Source of the DNA: the human T2T-CHM13v2.0 reference genome, Homo sapiens
Reading direction: 5' to 3' (one strand)
Assembly (NCBI RefSeq): GCF_009914755.1
Contig: NC_060927.1
Length of the DNA: 64,000 bases
In this document: one piece after another, positions 1 through 17,691 of the stretch
Layout: each line of letters begins with the position of its first letter
Position numbering within the stretch: position 1 is the stretch's first letter
Translations under genes and position numbers: made by a program
Notes under the pieces: generated by a model
The model's input: the letters and a program-made list of their open reading frames with translations, nothing else
Database searches by the model: none
What the model was told of the DNA's origin: nothing

Positions 1-1445
1 GAGCTTTATGCTTGTGAGGACTCCATAGGAGCTATCTCATGTAGGAGTTACCTGGGCTGAAGAAGAACTTGGTAATTTGTTCCATGTCCTCGATCACCAC
101 TTGGAGATGGGACTGGGACTGACTAGTTTCATGGCTCTTGGTTGGCCCCACTTTGTACACACAGTATCAGCATAGTCAACATGCCCTGAGGCACATAGAT
201 CTTGACTCAAGCCCACTTTGTTAAGAGTCAAAGAGGGCTTTATTTGTTTAATGATTTTCCAGGGTAGTTAATGTTCCAAGGGTCTTTAGGTTGAAAAAAA
301 AAAAGGAGCATTTTAGTATTTTGTTTGACTGTGATAATTTACAATTCATTGGGAAAGTGGTAAAACATCTCAGAAGAACTGGCTTCACTTTCTTACAAGA
401 CTCCTACAAGAAGATGAAAGTCTATGGTTTACACAAATATTGATCCATGTGTACTCCTCAGAGATTCTACAATGACTTTGACATCGATCTTTTTTTGCTG
501 ACACTACTGTATCATGCACTCACCAAATCAACTTTAGCACTACATTACCTAACTGCTGTCTTCTGAAATCGAGGTAACTAGGTAGCTTATAGAATTAGCA
601 GTCTAATCTCTTGCTACATATTTTAAAAACTATTTATTTGCATCTATAGCTATAAAAGTACTTTAAAACACTTACAGTGTTTGTGTTGCCTTTACTCAAT
701 GTTGGATAATATTAGTTTTTTCCTTCATGGGTTTCAACCTTTACTATTTGGAGAAACATTGATTTTTTTCTCTCTCTCTATGGTTTTAATATAGTACAAG
801 TCAGCATGGTTTTATTTATGCTGTGTCTTAGGCCAAATGCCATCAAATATGTCAACTGCCTCTGGGAACATTAGACTTTAGGGCTGCCTCTGCTGTATAA
901 GTAGTCAAGGAGTAGAAAACAATAAGTAGTGTAAGTTCAGTCCAGACATGAATCAAGTGTCTTTCATCAGTTCCACCCTCCTCTGCCCAAATTACAGAAG
1001 AAAGTTAAGTAAATGAGACCTGAATCTTGACTAGGTTGATTTAGGATGCTCTGCTTGGGTTAAATCTTGCCTGTTCTATTCCTGAGTTTCTACTAGATCT
1101 TAATCAGAAAGACCAGACACTAAACAGCTTGATGAGTTGGGATACAGGGCATGCAATTTGATAGCGGTTGTGTGATTTGTGGCTAAGCTCCTTTCTCAAT
1201 GGCCAAGTACTATGACTGATGTAGATTGAATAACTTTTCAATGTAGTAATTCAAACTATTGAATAGACTGAGTATTGTGCAGTATTTTAAAAAGGTAACT
1301 ATTCAGATCACTTACTTGTAAGACATTTTTTAAAAAAGAAATAGCATCTGTGGAGTAAAGCCACATGAGACGGCTTTTTTAAAAAATTAAAAATAATAAA
1401 AAAGAAAAATATTAATAACGCTTATATAGTTGAGTAATACAATAG

Positions 1446-1713
<268 letters not shown>

Positions 1714-2758
1714 TAGTGATACTGTTTGGAGTCAATTCACAACCACAGCATCACTATTTATAGTACATCTCTGTGCCCTGAAGATAATGGGACAATGAAC
1801 TAAACAAGTCTTTGCCAATGCATTGACATTTGACTTATAGTCACACATATGTTGAATGATATTTCTTTCAGAAGAAATGTTTAAAAATTTTTATTTCAAG
1901 TAGTATGAATAGATGGAAAATGGAAAGATCTTCATTTAGGGAAAACATGTTTATAGCATTAATAAAATCAGCAATGTCCGCACTTCCACTGATGTTAATA
2001 TTGCACTGATGTTTCCATTAAAAACTGATATATCTATTGAATTAAAACCCCTACGCAAATGTCACTTTAATTTAAATCTTAGTAAGCAGGTTGCTTTGCT
2101 AAAATATGAAAGATTTCCATAATTCAGAAGGAGAGACTCAATTGCAAAAGAAAATTAAATTTAAGATAAATTAGAAAAAATAAGTTACCTTGAAATTTGC
2201 GAAGTATATCTGCTAAAAAACTGCTTATAAAAAGCATTCACTGTTGTTAAGTGTTAAATACAGGAAGTTAGATTGAAATAAATTTTTAAATAAGTACCAA
2301 TAGTCTTTTAGAGAGGCATCATAGACATGCAAAAACAATGTAATTTAAAGCAAATGTTTCATTTTTAATGTAATGTTTTTACCATACACTTAACTTCTAA
2401 AAAGTTTACTTATCAATTCAACTTTCTTCTTGCAGTTGGTTTTATTTTCTGGTTTTGATGCAGGTTTTTAATTTTCTGACATTAAATTTGGCAATTTGCA
2501 TACTAAAAGCAACAAAGAAAAACTTCCTAACTCATTGAAATTTTACAAAAGATGTCCTTGTTAGGCATTACAAGCTGTTGCAATAAATTTAAAATATAGA
2601 ATGGAAAAATAAATTCAAATTCTATGCAAAGCAAGTTATATTTTGTGGTTTTCCAGTGTTGTTGTTTTGTTGTTGTTTTCTTGCAGGAGCAGAGTGGGTG
2701 ATTATCTCCTAAAGATGAAAAACAAAGTGAAATTACTACTTAAAATGAATCATTGACT

Positions 2759-2761
<3 letters not shown>

Positions 2762-2798
<37 letters not shown>
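2762..2798. repeat. (CT)n microsatellite
   Basis: Direct reading of the CT dinucleotide run. Confidence 0.95.
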
Positions 2799-2974
2799 GT
2801 TCAAGAGAAATTTGCAAACAAGTTGACCAAAATTAGCAAATATGATATATCAAAGTTGAGATTTTCTTTCCAAAATATGCTGCATGACTTTGAACAATAA
2901 GCCAAGTGTAAATGTTAATAAGACATTTTTCTCACAAATGCTGGCCTTTAATAATAACTGTGCCATTATAATAA

Positions 2975-3200
2975 AAATAACAGCTAACAATTGTTCAGCA
3001 ATATGATGTTTCTGGCACTGTTAAAAATGTCTTGCACTGATCAACTCATTTTATCTTTACAATGATTCCACAGAAGTAGAAACTGTTATCTCTAATTTGC
3101 AGATGAAGAAACTTAAGATACAATGAATGCAAACAATTTGACAGAATGGCTGTATGACAGACTGAATCTGAACCATGTAGATCTAGCTCCAGAGACATCA
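2975..3200 (-). mobile_element. MIR SINE fragment
   Basis: AACAGCTAACA...TTTGCAGATGAAGAAACT...CTCCAGAG resembles the reverse MIR core. Confidence 0.75.
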
Positions 3201-3202
3201 TT

Positions 3203-3578
3203 CTTTTTTTTTTTTAACTTTTATTTTAAGTTCAGGGGTACATGTACAGGTTTGCTACATAGGTTAACTTTTGTCATGAGGGTTTGTTGTAGAGATTATT
3301 TAAACACCCACGTATTAAGCCTAGTACCCATTAGTTATTTTTCCTGATCTCCCTCCTCCCAACCTCCACCCTGTGATAAGCCCCATTGTTGTTCCTTTCT
3401 ATGTGTCCATGTGTTCTCATCATTTAGCACCCACATATAAGTGTGAATATGCAGTATTTAGTTTTCTCTTCCTGCATTAGTTTGCTAAGGATAATGGCCT
3501 TCAGTTCCATCCATGTCCCTGGAGAGGATATGATCTGGTTCTTTTTGATGGCTGCATAGTATTCCATGGTATATATAG
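3203..3578 (-). mobile_element. L1 3' end fragment (older L1PA13-16-like)
   Basis: Poly-T then TTTTATTTTAAGTTCAGGGGTACATG...GGCTGCATAGTATTCCATGG, a typical L1P 3'UTR. Confidence 0.85.
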
Positions 3579-3582
3579 AGGT

Positions 3583-3826
3583 ATTTTTTATTTTATTTTA
3601 AGTTACAGGGTACATGTGAAAGATGTGCAGGTTTGTTACATAGGTAAACATGTGCCATGGTGGTTCGCTGCACCTATCAACCCATCACCTAAGTATTAAG
3701 CCTAGCATGTATTAACTATTTTTCCTAATGCTCTCCTTCTCCTTGTCCCCTGCACTCCCCCATCCCCTGCCGACAGGCTTCAGTGTCTGTTGTTCCCCTT
3801 CCTGTGTTCATGTGTTTTCATTGTTC
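3583..3826 (-). mobile_element. L1 3' end fragment (L1PA8-10-like)
   Basis: Second T-rich tail, then GGGTACATGTG...GTGCAGGTTTGTTACATAGGTAAACATGTGCCATGG. Confidence 0.85.
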
Positions 3827-4119
3827 ACTACTTTTACAAACAGTCCCTTTGTACACTTTGTGTTTCATAGTCCTTTATCATTGGTTTTAGCTCTCTAAAG
3901 TTCTCCTAATGACAAATAATTACAAAAAAACTTGGAAATGTCTACTAATATCAAAAGCATTAGCAGAGACTTTGTTAAAAAGATAAAAGATCAGGGTTCA
4001 AGACCTAAGAAGCTATCTAACATAGGAACTATTTTTCCAATAGGCAAAAATAGTGTCATTAAGCATTAGCAAAATTCTGAAACAACCTGGATGCTTCAAA
4101 TGGCAGCAGGTTAAAACAC

Positions 4120-4399
4120 TGGGCCATGCTGGAGGGATCCCTCATGGCTTGGTGCTGTCCTGGCCATAGTGAGTGAGTTCTCTTGAGATCTGGTTGTTTA
4201 AATGTGTGGCACGTTCCCTCATCAAGCTCCCACTTCACCTTTTGCCACCAGTAAAAGCTCCCTAAGACCTCCCAGAAGCAGATGTGGACACTACACTTCC
4301 AATACAGCCTGCCTAACTATAAGCCAATAAAAACTCTTTTCTTATAAATTACCCAGTCTTGGGTATTTCTTTATAACAATGCAAGAATGGCCTAATACA
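4120..4399 (+). mobile_element. MaLR LTR fragment (MSTB-like)
   Basis: Ends ...AATAAAAACTCTTTTCTTATAAATTACCCAGTC...GAATGGCCTAATACA, the MST 3' terminus. Confidence 0.85.
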
Positions 4400-4967
4400 A
4401 CCTTGTAGCACATGGAGAAGTCGTGGCTTCTTAATAAATAACAGACAGTAGCAGCAAGAGTGGAAACTGGAAAAACAAATGGAAGTCTACTGGGCAAGTC
4501 CCAATAGAGGGAAGATGATGCCCTTGGCCAGAGTGTTAGTGGAAAGAGTAAAATAGACGAAATATTCAAAATTTCCTCTAAAGCCAGTAGGATGTACTGA
4601 TAATCTGGAAAGACAGGATGAGAAGAAGAAGGAAAAAAAGATACAGCAGTAAATTTAGAAAATTCACAGCTGACACAAAGCAATAGTGCCCATGCCATGA
4701 AGAATGGCAAAGTAATTCCATCTGAGAGCATTCTTTGCTACATCCTGGCCATCGAAGAGTGGCTGTGTAATCTCAGATGCCTGTGGCTTCGGTAAACACT
4801 TTGAAGCCAAGGGGTACTGGATCACCCAAACCTCCTTCGTAGTAAAACTGTTCTTGCCACATGCTAACCTAGATATAAAATTGTAAATATATATAAAATA
4901 ATTGCACAGATTTGTTAGGAAATACATCATGCCTATTTTTTTAAGACTAACATTCCCTTCACTTTAA

Positions 4968-5454
<487 letters not shown>

Positions 5455-5654
5455 TCAAGAATGTTATTAACCCCAAAAGCACTAATAAAAAGGAAATTTA
5501 CAGTGTGAGCATCTCTTTTTATACATTCTCAATTTAGGGATGCTCTTTCGTAATGATTCACCTTGAATCTTTCTCTAGAAATAAGTTACTTGGCGTTGTA
5601 GGGGGACGTATGAAACAGAGTAATGCAGGCACCTCAGACATATATCACCACACT

Positions 5655-5860
5655 AATATTCATTCATTTACTCCGCAAATGTTTACTGGGTACCTAATAT
5701 GCATCAAGAATTATGTAAGGTGCTGGGGTTATATAGCAATGAATAATCAGACCTAGGCCATGACCCTGTATTTGAGTATCTCAGCGTCTGGTAGGTAAAG
5801 TGACCCTGAATATGTAATTACATGTGAGCAGTAAATAAAGTGTGTTAAGGAAATGCAAGA
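5655..5860 (-). mobile_element. L2 3' end fragment
   Basis: ATTCATTCATTT...AAATGTTTACTGGGTACCT...GGTGCTGGGG...AGCAATGAA resembles the reverse L2 tail. Confidence 0.7.
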
Positions 5861-7079
5861 TTTTATATAGCACCTACCCCAAAAGGAGCTGGGCACTATA
5901 TGGCATATACATTTTAACATGGTACAGAATTTTGTTCATTCAGTTAGTAGATTGCTTTTTCTTGAGAGGAAGTCTTCCTAGTGATTTAAAATCTTTATGT
6001 GGATATTAAGTGGTAACTACTTCGATGTGTTCCCAAACATGAGAAAACAGTAAATAACTTAGGATAGGTTTAGTGGTTTTGGTTTTTATTTACTTTAATC
6101 CCTAGCACAGAACTTGGGGCAGGCTGGTACACAAAAATATTTATTAAAGACAAATAAATAAGCAAAAGAGTCTATCTGTTTAGAGAAAGAAATGAAAGAA
6201 GGGATAGAATTTCAAGAACAACAACAACAAAAAGCTGAGAAAAGCCTTCAAAAGTAAGAAAACTCACCAGCATCTTTTTACTTTTCCCTCTCTTGGACAC
6301 ATACATTATTTCTCAGTCTCCATGAATTATCCAGCAGTAGTTTCTGTGATAGAGCAATATACTGAAAATCCAGAGATTATATCCTACTGCTTTTCAACAC
6401 TTGATAAGGGGGTATAGGCTACAAGCTTCAACAGTGTTTCCAGATATTCCTTCAACTACTACCTCATTTTGCTTTATACCATTAGTTTTAGGCCTGAAAA
6501 TAGAAAATATTTAAAAATTAACAATAGTAAGAGAAGGCTAATTTTTTTTGAAAGATACTCATGTTACCACACCCCATTTATAATTCCAAATCCCTATGTT
6601 TTCTTACAAATACAATAGGTCCATTGAGCACTTTGTAGCATGGTGCAGTGGTTACCATGGTTATTTTTTTAAAGTTTAGTGAACAGTTTGCTTTCAAAAC
6701 CTACATTGCCAAGGCCTTTGGCAGAGTAAATTATATATTTCTGAGGCTTAAGAAGCATTTTTTGCTCTTTCTCTATTAAATAGTTTAAAATACAGAAAAT
6801 TATAGGGGTTTCTTACTACCACTCAACTACAGTAAACACATTTTCATATTTTCCATTTTTGCTTCAAATATTTTGTTTATTGAACAATTTAAAAATTAAC
6901 ATTTAAAATTAAATTTTCTGGTGTTTTTCCTCCCATGCACTTCCCAACCCCACCCTTCTCCCCTCTACCATTTCCCAACGGCAACAATTTGGTGTGTTTC
7001 ATTCTATTTCATATATCTTGACTCACTCTATATTGGCACCTACAAATAAATGTCTTCAAAATGACATGGTTGGCCTCTT

Positions 7080-7620
7080 ATTTTAAGTATTAGTCAGCAG
7101 TTATATTCAGTTTATGCCTAAAGATTTCCCCTGATCCATACTGCCAATTCTACCATACACCAAGTTCTTGTATGTTCTTAGGTCATTTTTATTATTACCT
7201 GCTTTGTTCCATTAATGTACTTTTTTCTTCTGTACCAAAACCATATTGTTTTAATTCTGATACAACAAGTGTTGATGTATGGTAAGCCTCACCTCTTTTA
7301 TGATTTTCGTGGCCATCCTTGAATCTTTTTATTGTATTTGAAATCAATTTTCTTATTTAGAATTTAATAAATGTATAGGTTTATTTGAGGAAGACTGACG
7401 TATTTATGATGTCTTATCTACCATGAATATGGTATTTTTTTATTTATTCAGGCCTTCCTTCATGTCCTTCAATAATGGTTTGTAACTATCTGCACAATAT
7501 TTATTAGATTTCTTCCTTGATATCAAATAAACCATACTCTTCTTATAAAGTGTCTATTACTGTTACATTTTTAAATTATGATTATTGATAGGAGAAATAA
7601 TCATTTTAGTTTTGATGATT
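7080..7620 (-). mobile_element. Old L1M (L1ME-like) fragment
   Basis: Degenerate T-rich L1 ORF2-like sequence (TGTACCAAAACCATATTGTTTTAATT...). It continues after the MLT1 and Alu insertions to about 8650. Confidence 0.6.
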
Positions 7621-7622
7621 GG

Positions 7623-7998
7623 TGTGACCAATGATATAACACTCCCTCAAAAATATCAACATCTTAATTCTCCAGAATCTGTGAATATATTAGATTCTAA
7701 GGCAAAGGAGAATTAAGGCTGTGCATAAAATTAAGCTACTAATTAGCTGGCCTGGATATGATGAGATTATCCTGAAATATCCCAGTAGACCAACACAATA
7801 AAAGGGTCTTTCTTAGTGGAAGAGAATAATAGAAGAGTGAAAGTTAGAGAGACGTTGGAAGGTGTTACGCTGCTGGATTTGAAAATGGAGATCCATTTCA
7901 GAGTTCTGACCTACAGAACTGTAAAGTAATATATTTGTGTTGTTTTGAGGCACTAAATTTGTGGTAATTTGCTATAGCAGCAATAGGAAAGCAATAGA
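7623..7998 (+). mobile_element. MaLR LTR (MLT1D-like)
   Basis: GGCAAAGGAGAATTAAGG...GAGATTATCCTG...TTCTGACCTACAGAACTGTAA...TTTGTGGTAATTTGCTATAGCAGCAATAGGAAA. Confidence 0.85.
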
Positions 7999-8104
7999 AT
8001 TGCTATTGAGTAAAATGTACTAAATTATTATTAATAGTAATAGTTTTCCTAAGAGTTTCCTTGGATTTTTACATGTATAAAAACATATCATGTGTCAACG
8101 ACTT

Positions 8105-8390
<286 letters not shown>

Positions 8391-8932
8391 ACTATAATTT
8401 TATCTGTTTCTTTCTAATACTTATACCTCATATCTAAAATTTTATATGCAGTAGTATTGGTTAGCAGTAGCATTGGTTAGAAATTGTCTTTATAAATATG
8501 CTAAAGAGAAATAGTAACATGAGGCCTTTTAACTGTTGCTACTTAGATAGAAATGATGCTGTTTGACTGGGTATATGATATTTGCTGATTGGCAGGGGCC
8601 ATTTGTAAGGTAGGGGAAGTCCCTACCTAGTCTTTATTTTCTAGGATTTATAACAAATTTCCTACTCAGCACCTCCCCTTGGATATTTAATAGTCATCTC
8701 AAACTTTTATATATATAGATATATATATAAAATACTTTAAGTTCTAGGGTACATATGCACAATGTGCAGGTTTGTTACATATGTATACATGTGCCATGTT
8801 GGTGTGCTACACCCATTAACTCATCATTTACATTACGTATATCTCCTAATGCTGTCCCTTCCCTCTCCCCCCACCCCACAACAGGCCCCGATGTGTGATG
8901 TTCCCCTTCCTGTGTCCAAGTGCTCTCATTGT

Positions 8933-12791
<3,859 letters not shown>

Positions 12792-12845
12792 TATGATGTT
12801 AGCTGGTTATTTTGCTCATTAGTTGATGCAGTTTCTTCCTAGTCT

Positions 12846-13864
12846 TTACAATTTGGCATGTTTTTGCAGTGGCTGGTACTGGTTGTTCCTTTCCATGTTT
12901 AGTGCTTCCTTCAGGAGCTCTTGTATGGCAGGCCTGGTGGTGACAAAATCTCTCAGCATTTGCTTTACTGTAAAGGGTTTTATTTCTCCTTCACTTATGA
13001 AGCTTCGTTTGGCTGGATATGAAAAATTCTGGGTTGAAAATTCTTTTCTTTAAGAATGTTGAATATTGGCCCCCACTCTCTTCTGGCTTGTAGAGTTTCT
13101 GCCGAGAGATCAGCTGTTAGTCTGATGGGCTTCCCTTTGTGGGTAACCTGACCTTTCTCTCTGGCTGCCCTTAACATTTTTTCCTTCATTTCAACTTTGG
13201 CAAATCTGACAATTATGTGTCTTGGAGTTGCTCTTCTTAAGGAGTATCTTTGTGGTGTTCTCTGTATTCCCTGAATTTGAATGTTGGCTTGCCTTGCTAG
13301 GTTGGGGAAGTTCTCCTGGATATTATCCTGCAGAGTGTTTTCCAACTTGGTTCCATTCTCCTCGTCACTTTCTGGTACACCAATCAGACGTAGATTTGGT
13401 ATTTTCACATAGTCCCATATTTCTTGGAGGCTTTGTTCATTTCTTTTTATTCTTTTTTCTCTAAACTTCTCTTCTTGCTTCATTTCATTCATTTGATCTT
13501 CCATCACTGATACCCTTTCTTCCAGTTGATCGAATCAGCTACTGAAGCTTGAGCATTCGTCATGTAGTTCTCGTGCCATGGTTTTCAGCTCCATCAGGTC
13601 CTTTAAGGACTTCTCTACATTGGTTATTCTAGTTAGCCATTCATCTAATCTTTTTTCAAGGTTTTTAACTTCTTTGCCATTGGTTTGAACGTCCTCCTTT
13701 AGCTTGGCATAGTTTGATCTTCTGAAGCCTTCCTCTCTCAACTAGTCAAAGTCATTCTCCGTCCATCTTTGTTCCATTGCTGGTGAGGGGCTGTGTTCCT
13801 TTGGAGGAGGAGAGGTGCTCTGATTTTTAGAGTTTCCGGTTTTTCTGCTCTGTTTTTTCCCCAT
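12846..13864 (-). pseudogene. L1 ORF1 (RNA-binding protein), disrupted
   Basis: ATGGGGAAAAAACAG start at 13864. Fragments with RNEQSLQEIWDYVK and QARREWGPIFNILKE. In-frame stops and a frameshift near 13025. Confidence 0.93.
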
Positions 13865-14443
13865 CTTTGTGGTTTTATCTACCTTTGGTCTTTGATGATG
13901 GTGACGTACAGATGGGTTTTTGGTGTGGATGTCCTTTCTGTTTGTTAGTTTTCCTTCTAACAGTCAGGACCCTCAGCTGCAGGTCTGTTGGAGTTTACTG
14001 GAGGTCCACTCCAGACCCTGTTTGCCTGGGTATCAGCAGTGGTGGCTGCAGAACAGCGGATATTGGTGAACCGCAAGTGCTGCTGCCTGATTATTCCTCT
14101 GGAAGTTTTGTCTCAGAGGAGTACCCGGCTGTGTGAGGTTTCAGTCCACCCCTACTGGGGGGTGCCTCCCAGTTACGCTACTCGGGGGTCAGGGACCCAC
14201 TTGAGGAGGCAGTCTGCCCGTTCTCAGATTTCAAGCTGCATGCTGGGAGAACCACTACTCTCTTCAAAGCTGTCAGACAGGGACATTTAAGTCTGCAGAG
14301 GTTATTGCTGTCTTTTGTTTGTCTGTGCCCTGCCCCCAGAGGTGGAGCCTACTGAGGCAGGCAGTCAGGCCTCCTTGAGCTCTGGTGGGCTCCACCCAGT
14401 TCAAGCTTCCCAGCCACTTTGTTTATCTACTCAACCCTGGGCA

Positions 14444-14968
14444 ATGGCAGGCGCCCCTCCCCCAGCCTCGCTGCCGCCTTGCAGTTTGATCTCAGACTGC
14501 TGTGCTAGCAATGAGCGAGGCTCCGTGGGCGTAGGACCCTCCGAGCCAGGTGCAGGATATAATCTCCTGGTGTGCCATTTGATAAGCCCACTGGAAAAGC
14601 ACAGTATTAGGGTGGGAGTGACCCGATTTTCCAGGTACTGTCTGTCACCCCTTTCTTTGACTAGGAAAGGGAATTCCATGATCCCTTGCACTTCCCAGGT
14701 GAGGCGATGCCTCACCCTGCTTCAGCTCACACATGGTGCACTGCACCCACTGTCTTTCACCCACTGTCTGACACTCCCCAGTGAGAACCCGGTACCTCAG
14801 TTGGAAACGCAGAAATCACCCGTCTTCTGCGTCGCTCACGCTGAGAGCTGTAGACTGGAGCTGTTCCTATTTAGCCCAGTCATCTCCAACTTAATGTGCC
14901 TAAAACAGAGTCTTGCTCTCCTTCCCCAACTCTGCTCCTCTCCTAAACTTCCTTGTCCCAATAAATGA
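14444..14968 (+). CDS. Putative L1 antisense ORF0, extended to 174 aa by reading into flanking DNA
   Basis: ATG in GCAATGG context. Translation begins MAGAPPPASLPPCSLISDCCASN...GVGPSEPGAGYNL...IRVGVTRFSR, matching primate ORF0. No stop until 14966-14968. Expression unknown. Confidence 0.5.
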   Translation: MAGAPPPASLPPCSLISDCCASNERGSVGVGPSEPGAGYNLLVCHLISPLEKHSIRVGVTRFSRYCLSPLSLTRKGNSMIPCTSQVRRCLTLLQLTHGALHPLSFTHCLTLPSENPVPQLETQKSPVFCVAHAESCRLELFLFSPVISNLMCLKQSLALLPQLCSSPKLPCPNK

Positions 14969-15760
14969 CACCAGCATTTACACAGAGACTCAGGTCCAAA
15001 CCTAGGAGTTATTCCAGACTCTTCTCTTTCCTATATTTGTCACATCCAACTTACTGGCAAATTCAATGAGCCCTACCTTTAAAACCATAACATAGTCACT
15101 TTCACCCCAACTGACTTAGACAGCCACTACCATCTCTCAATTCAACTACGATAACCTCTTTCCTGCTGTCTTTGCATGAGAATCCATTTTGACAGCAAGC
15201 AGAGTAATGTTTTAAAAATGCATAATATTTGATGTCATTCCTCTCAAATTTATCCAACAGCTTTCCACCAGATGCAAATTTTAATCTAAATGTTTATCAT
15301 GACCTTTGAGGCTCTACATGATCTGACCTCATCATCTACCTCTCTCTGCTTCTCTCAATCTGGCCCATATACGATGCTTTCTTTGTTGTTCCTTGATCAA
15401 GTCAAATAGTTTTCAGTTAGCCTTTGTTATTGGTGTTCTCTCTGCCTGAAACCCTCTTCCCCCAGATTTTCTCATGAATTATTTCTCCCCCCATTCAGGT
15501 ATCAGCATGATTGTTATCTCTTCAAAAAGACAGTCCTTGACCATACCATCTAAAATATCTAAAATAGTGCACACATTTATGCAAAGGCACACATCCTCAG
15601 TTCTTTACTCCTTTATTTTTCTATGTAGAAGAAAAATACATTATACTGTAGTGTATATAAGGGCAGAGATTTTGCTTCACTTATTTAGCGTCCTCAGTGC
15701 CTAGAAAAGTGCCCATCACACAGCAAGTGCTAAAGGAATTTATGTTTAACATGTTTTGAA
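14878..15760 (+). mobile_element. L2 (L2a-like), split by the L1PA insertion; left part at about 8655-8706
   Basis: Joining across the TSD restores CCTACTCAGCACCTCCCCTTGGATATTTAATAGTCATCTCAAACTT-AATGTGCCTAAAACAGA, typical of L2. L2 3' end CAGTGCCTAGAAAAGTGCCCATCACACAG near 15700. Confidence 0.85.
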
Positions 15761-16060
15761 TTTGATCAAATACTTTACTTTTATCTAAAATACGACCATA
15801 TTGTTGCATCTGTAAATATAGTAATTTGCACTTATATGATCTCTCACATTGTGATATGGTCAATTTTTGTTAAGTTTTCTGTTTTTGCTTAAAAAGAATA
15901 CATGATCTTTATTTTTTAGATCTATGACATCCAATTAACCAATTGTATCTGTTTAATTCAAATAGTCTAAATGCTCACTAATATTATATGTTTAATACAT
16001 TTAGTTTCTCGGACAGATATTTTAAAATGTCATTGAGATTATACTTGTAAATCTTTTTAG

Positions 16061-16570
<510 letters not shown>

Positions 16571-17691
16571 TAAGCATTTTTATAAGCTATGCTTGTCTGA
16601 ATTTTACTTATGTAATTCTTAAATAGATATATTATTTATACAATAACTAGTAGTTTATATGTAATCGTTTAGTACATTAACATATCTTATGATTACAGAT
16701 AATTGTGAACCCTTATTTGTCCAATCTTTTTATATTTTTGTTTACCATTCTTTTTATTCTATTTCTCTTTTCATATCCTACTCTCTGTTGGATGGTTAAG
16801 TCTTCCTTAGATTTCTGTGTTTCACATACATGTAACTTTGCCACACATATTCTCTAAAAAACATTTTTTAGTGTTTACTCTTCAATGTTTAATATTAACA
16901 TTGACAAAGTCTTAAATTATTCAATACATCTTTTCTCTACTCAAATAACAGGAAATTGACATCCTTTAGCAACCTTCCAACCCCTTTGCAATCATCTTCT
17001 AAGACTTAAAGTTAATTGTACTTTTTCTTAACTTAGAAGCCTTTCCAATAGCATTTACTGCTATTTTTGCTCATGGTTACTTATTGCATGATATTTCTCT
17101 TTTTGCATTCATTTCCTTCTTGCTACAGAATATCTTATAGTAATGTTTTAGCAAGAATCTCTTAATTCTAAAGTTTCAGGTTTGTATTTCTGAGAGTGTC
17201 TCATTTCTTTCTCACTCTTGAATGATGCATAGCTAGCTAGGATAATTTCCTCCTGAATACAGGCCAAAAAGTTAAAATTTATGCTGGAAAAACATTTTTA
17301 AATAATTTTGGAAGTCCTCAAAGTGATAAAAGAAGAAAAAATATCCACAAAGTAAGAACAAAATTTATTTTTTAAAAAGCATACAAATACAAATATAAAT
17401 CAAAACCAGATAAAGATTGTTTAAAGTATTGATTATTAATTTTGGAAATGAAAATATCTACATTAAAATTAAATTATGAGATGCATGCCAGTTTAGGCAA
17501 AGACACAGAGAAAATAAGAGAATTGAAAGACTATACTGAGGAATTAACCCAGACCACTATGAAGAAATATAAATAGGTAAAAAAAACAATGTGAAAGATA
17601 AGAGAAGAAACATGAGGGATAGACTGACATATAATGGAAAGTTTATGAAGTAGAAGATATAGGTAATGACAGAAAGGTAGTATTTGACGTA

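Noticed and set aside
2660-2700. Strong-looking splice acceptor TTTTCTTGCAG (similar at 52397, 55960, 59930)
   Set aside because: No convincing paired donor; such acceptors are common in T-rich DNA.
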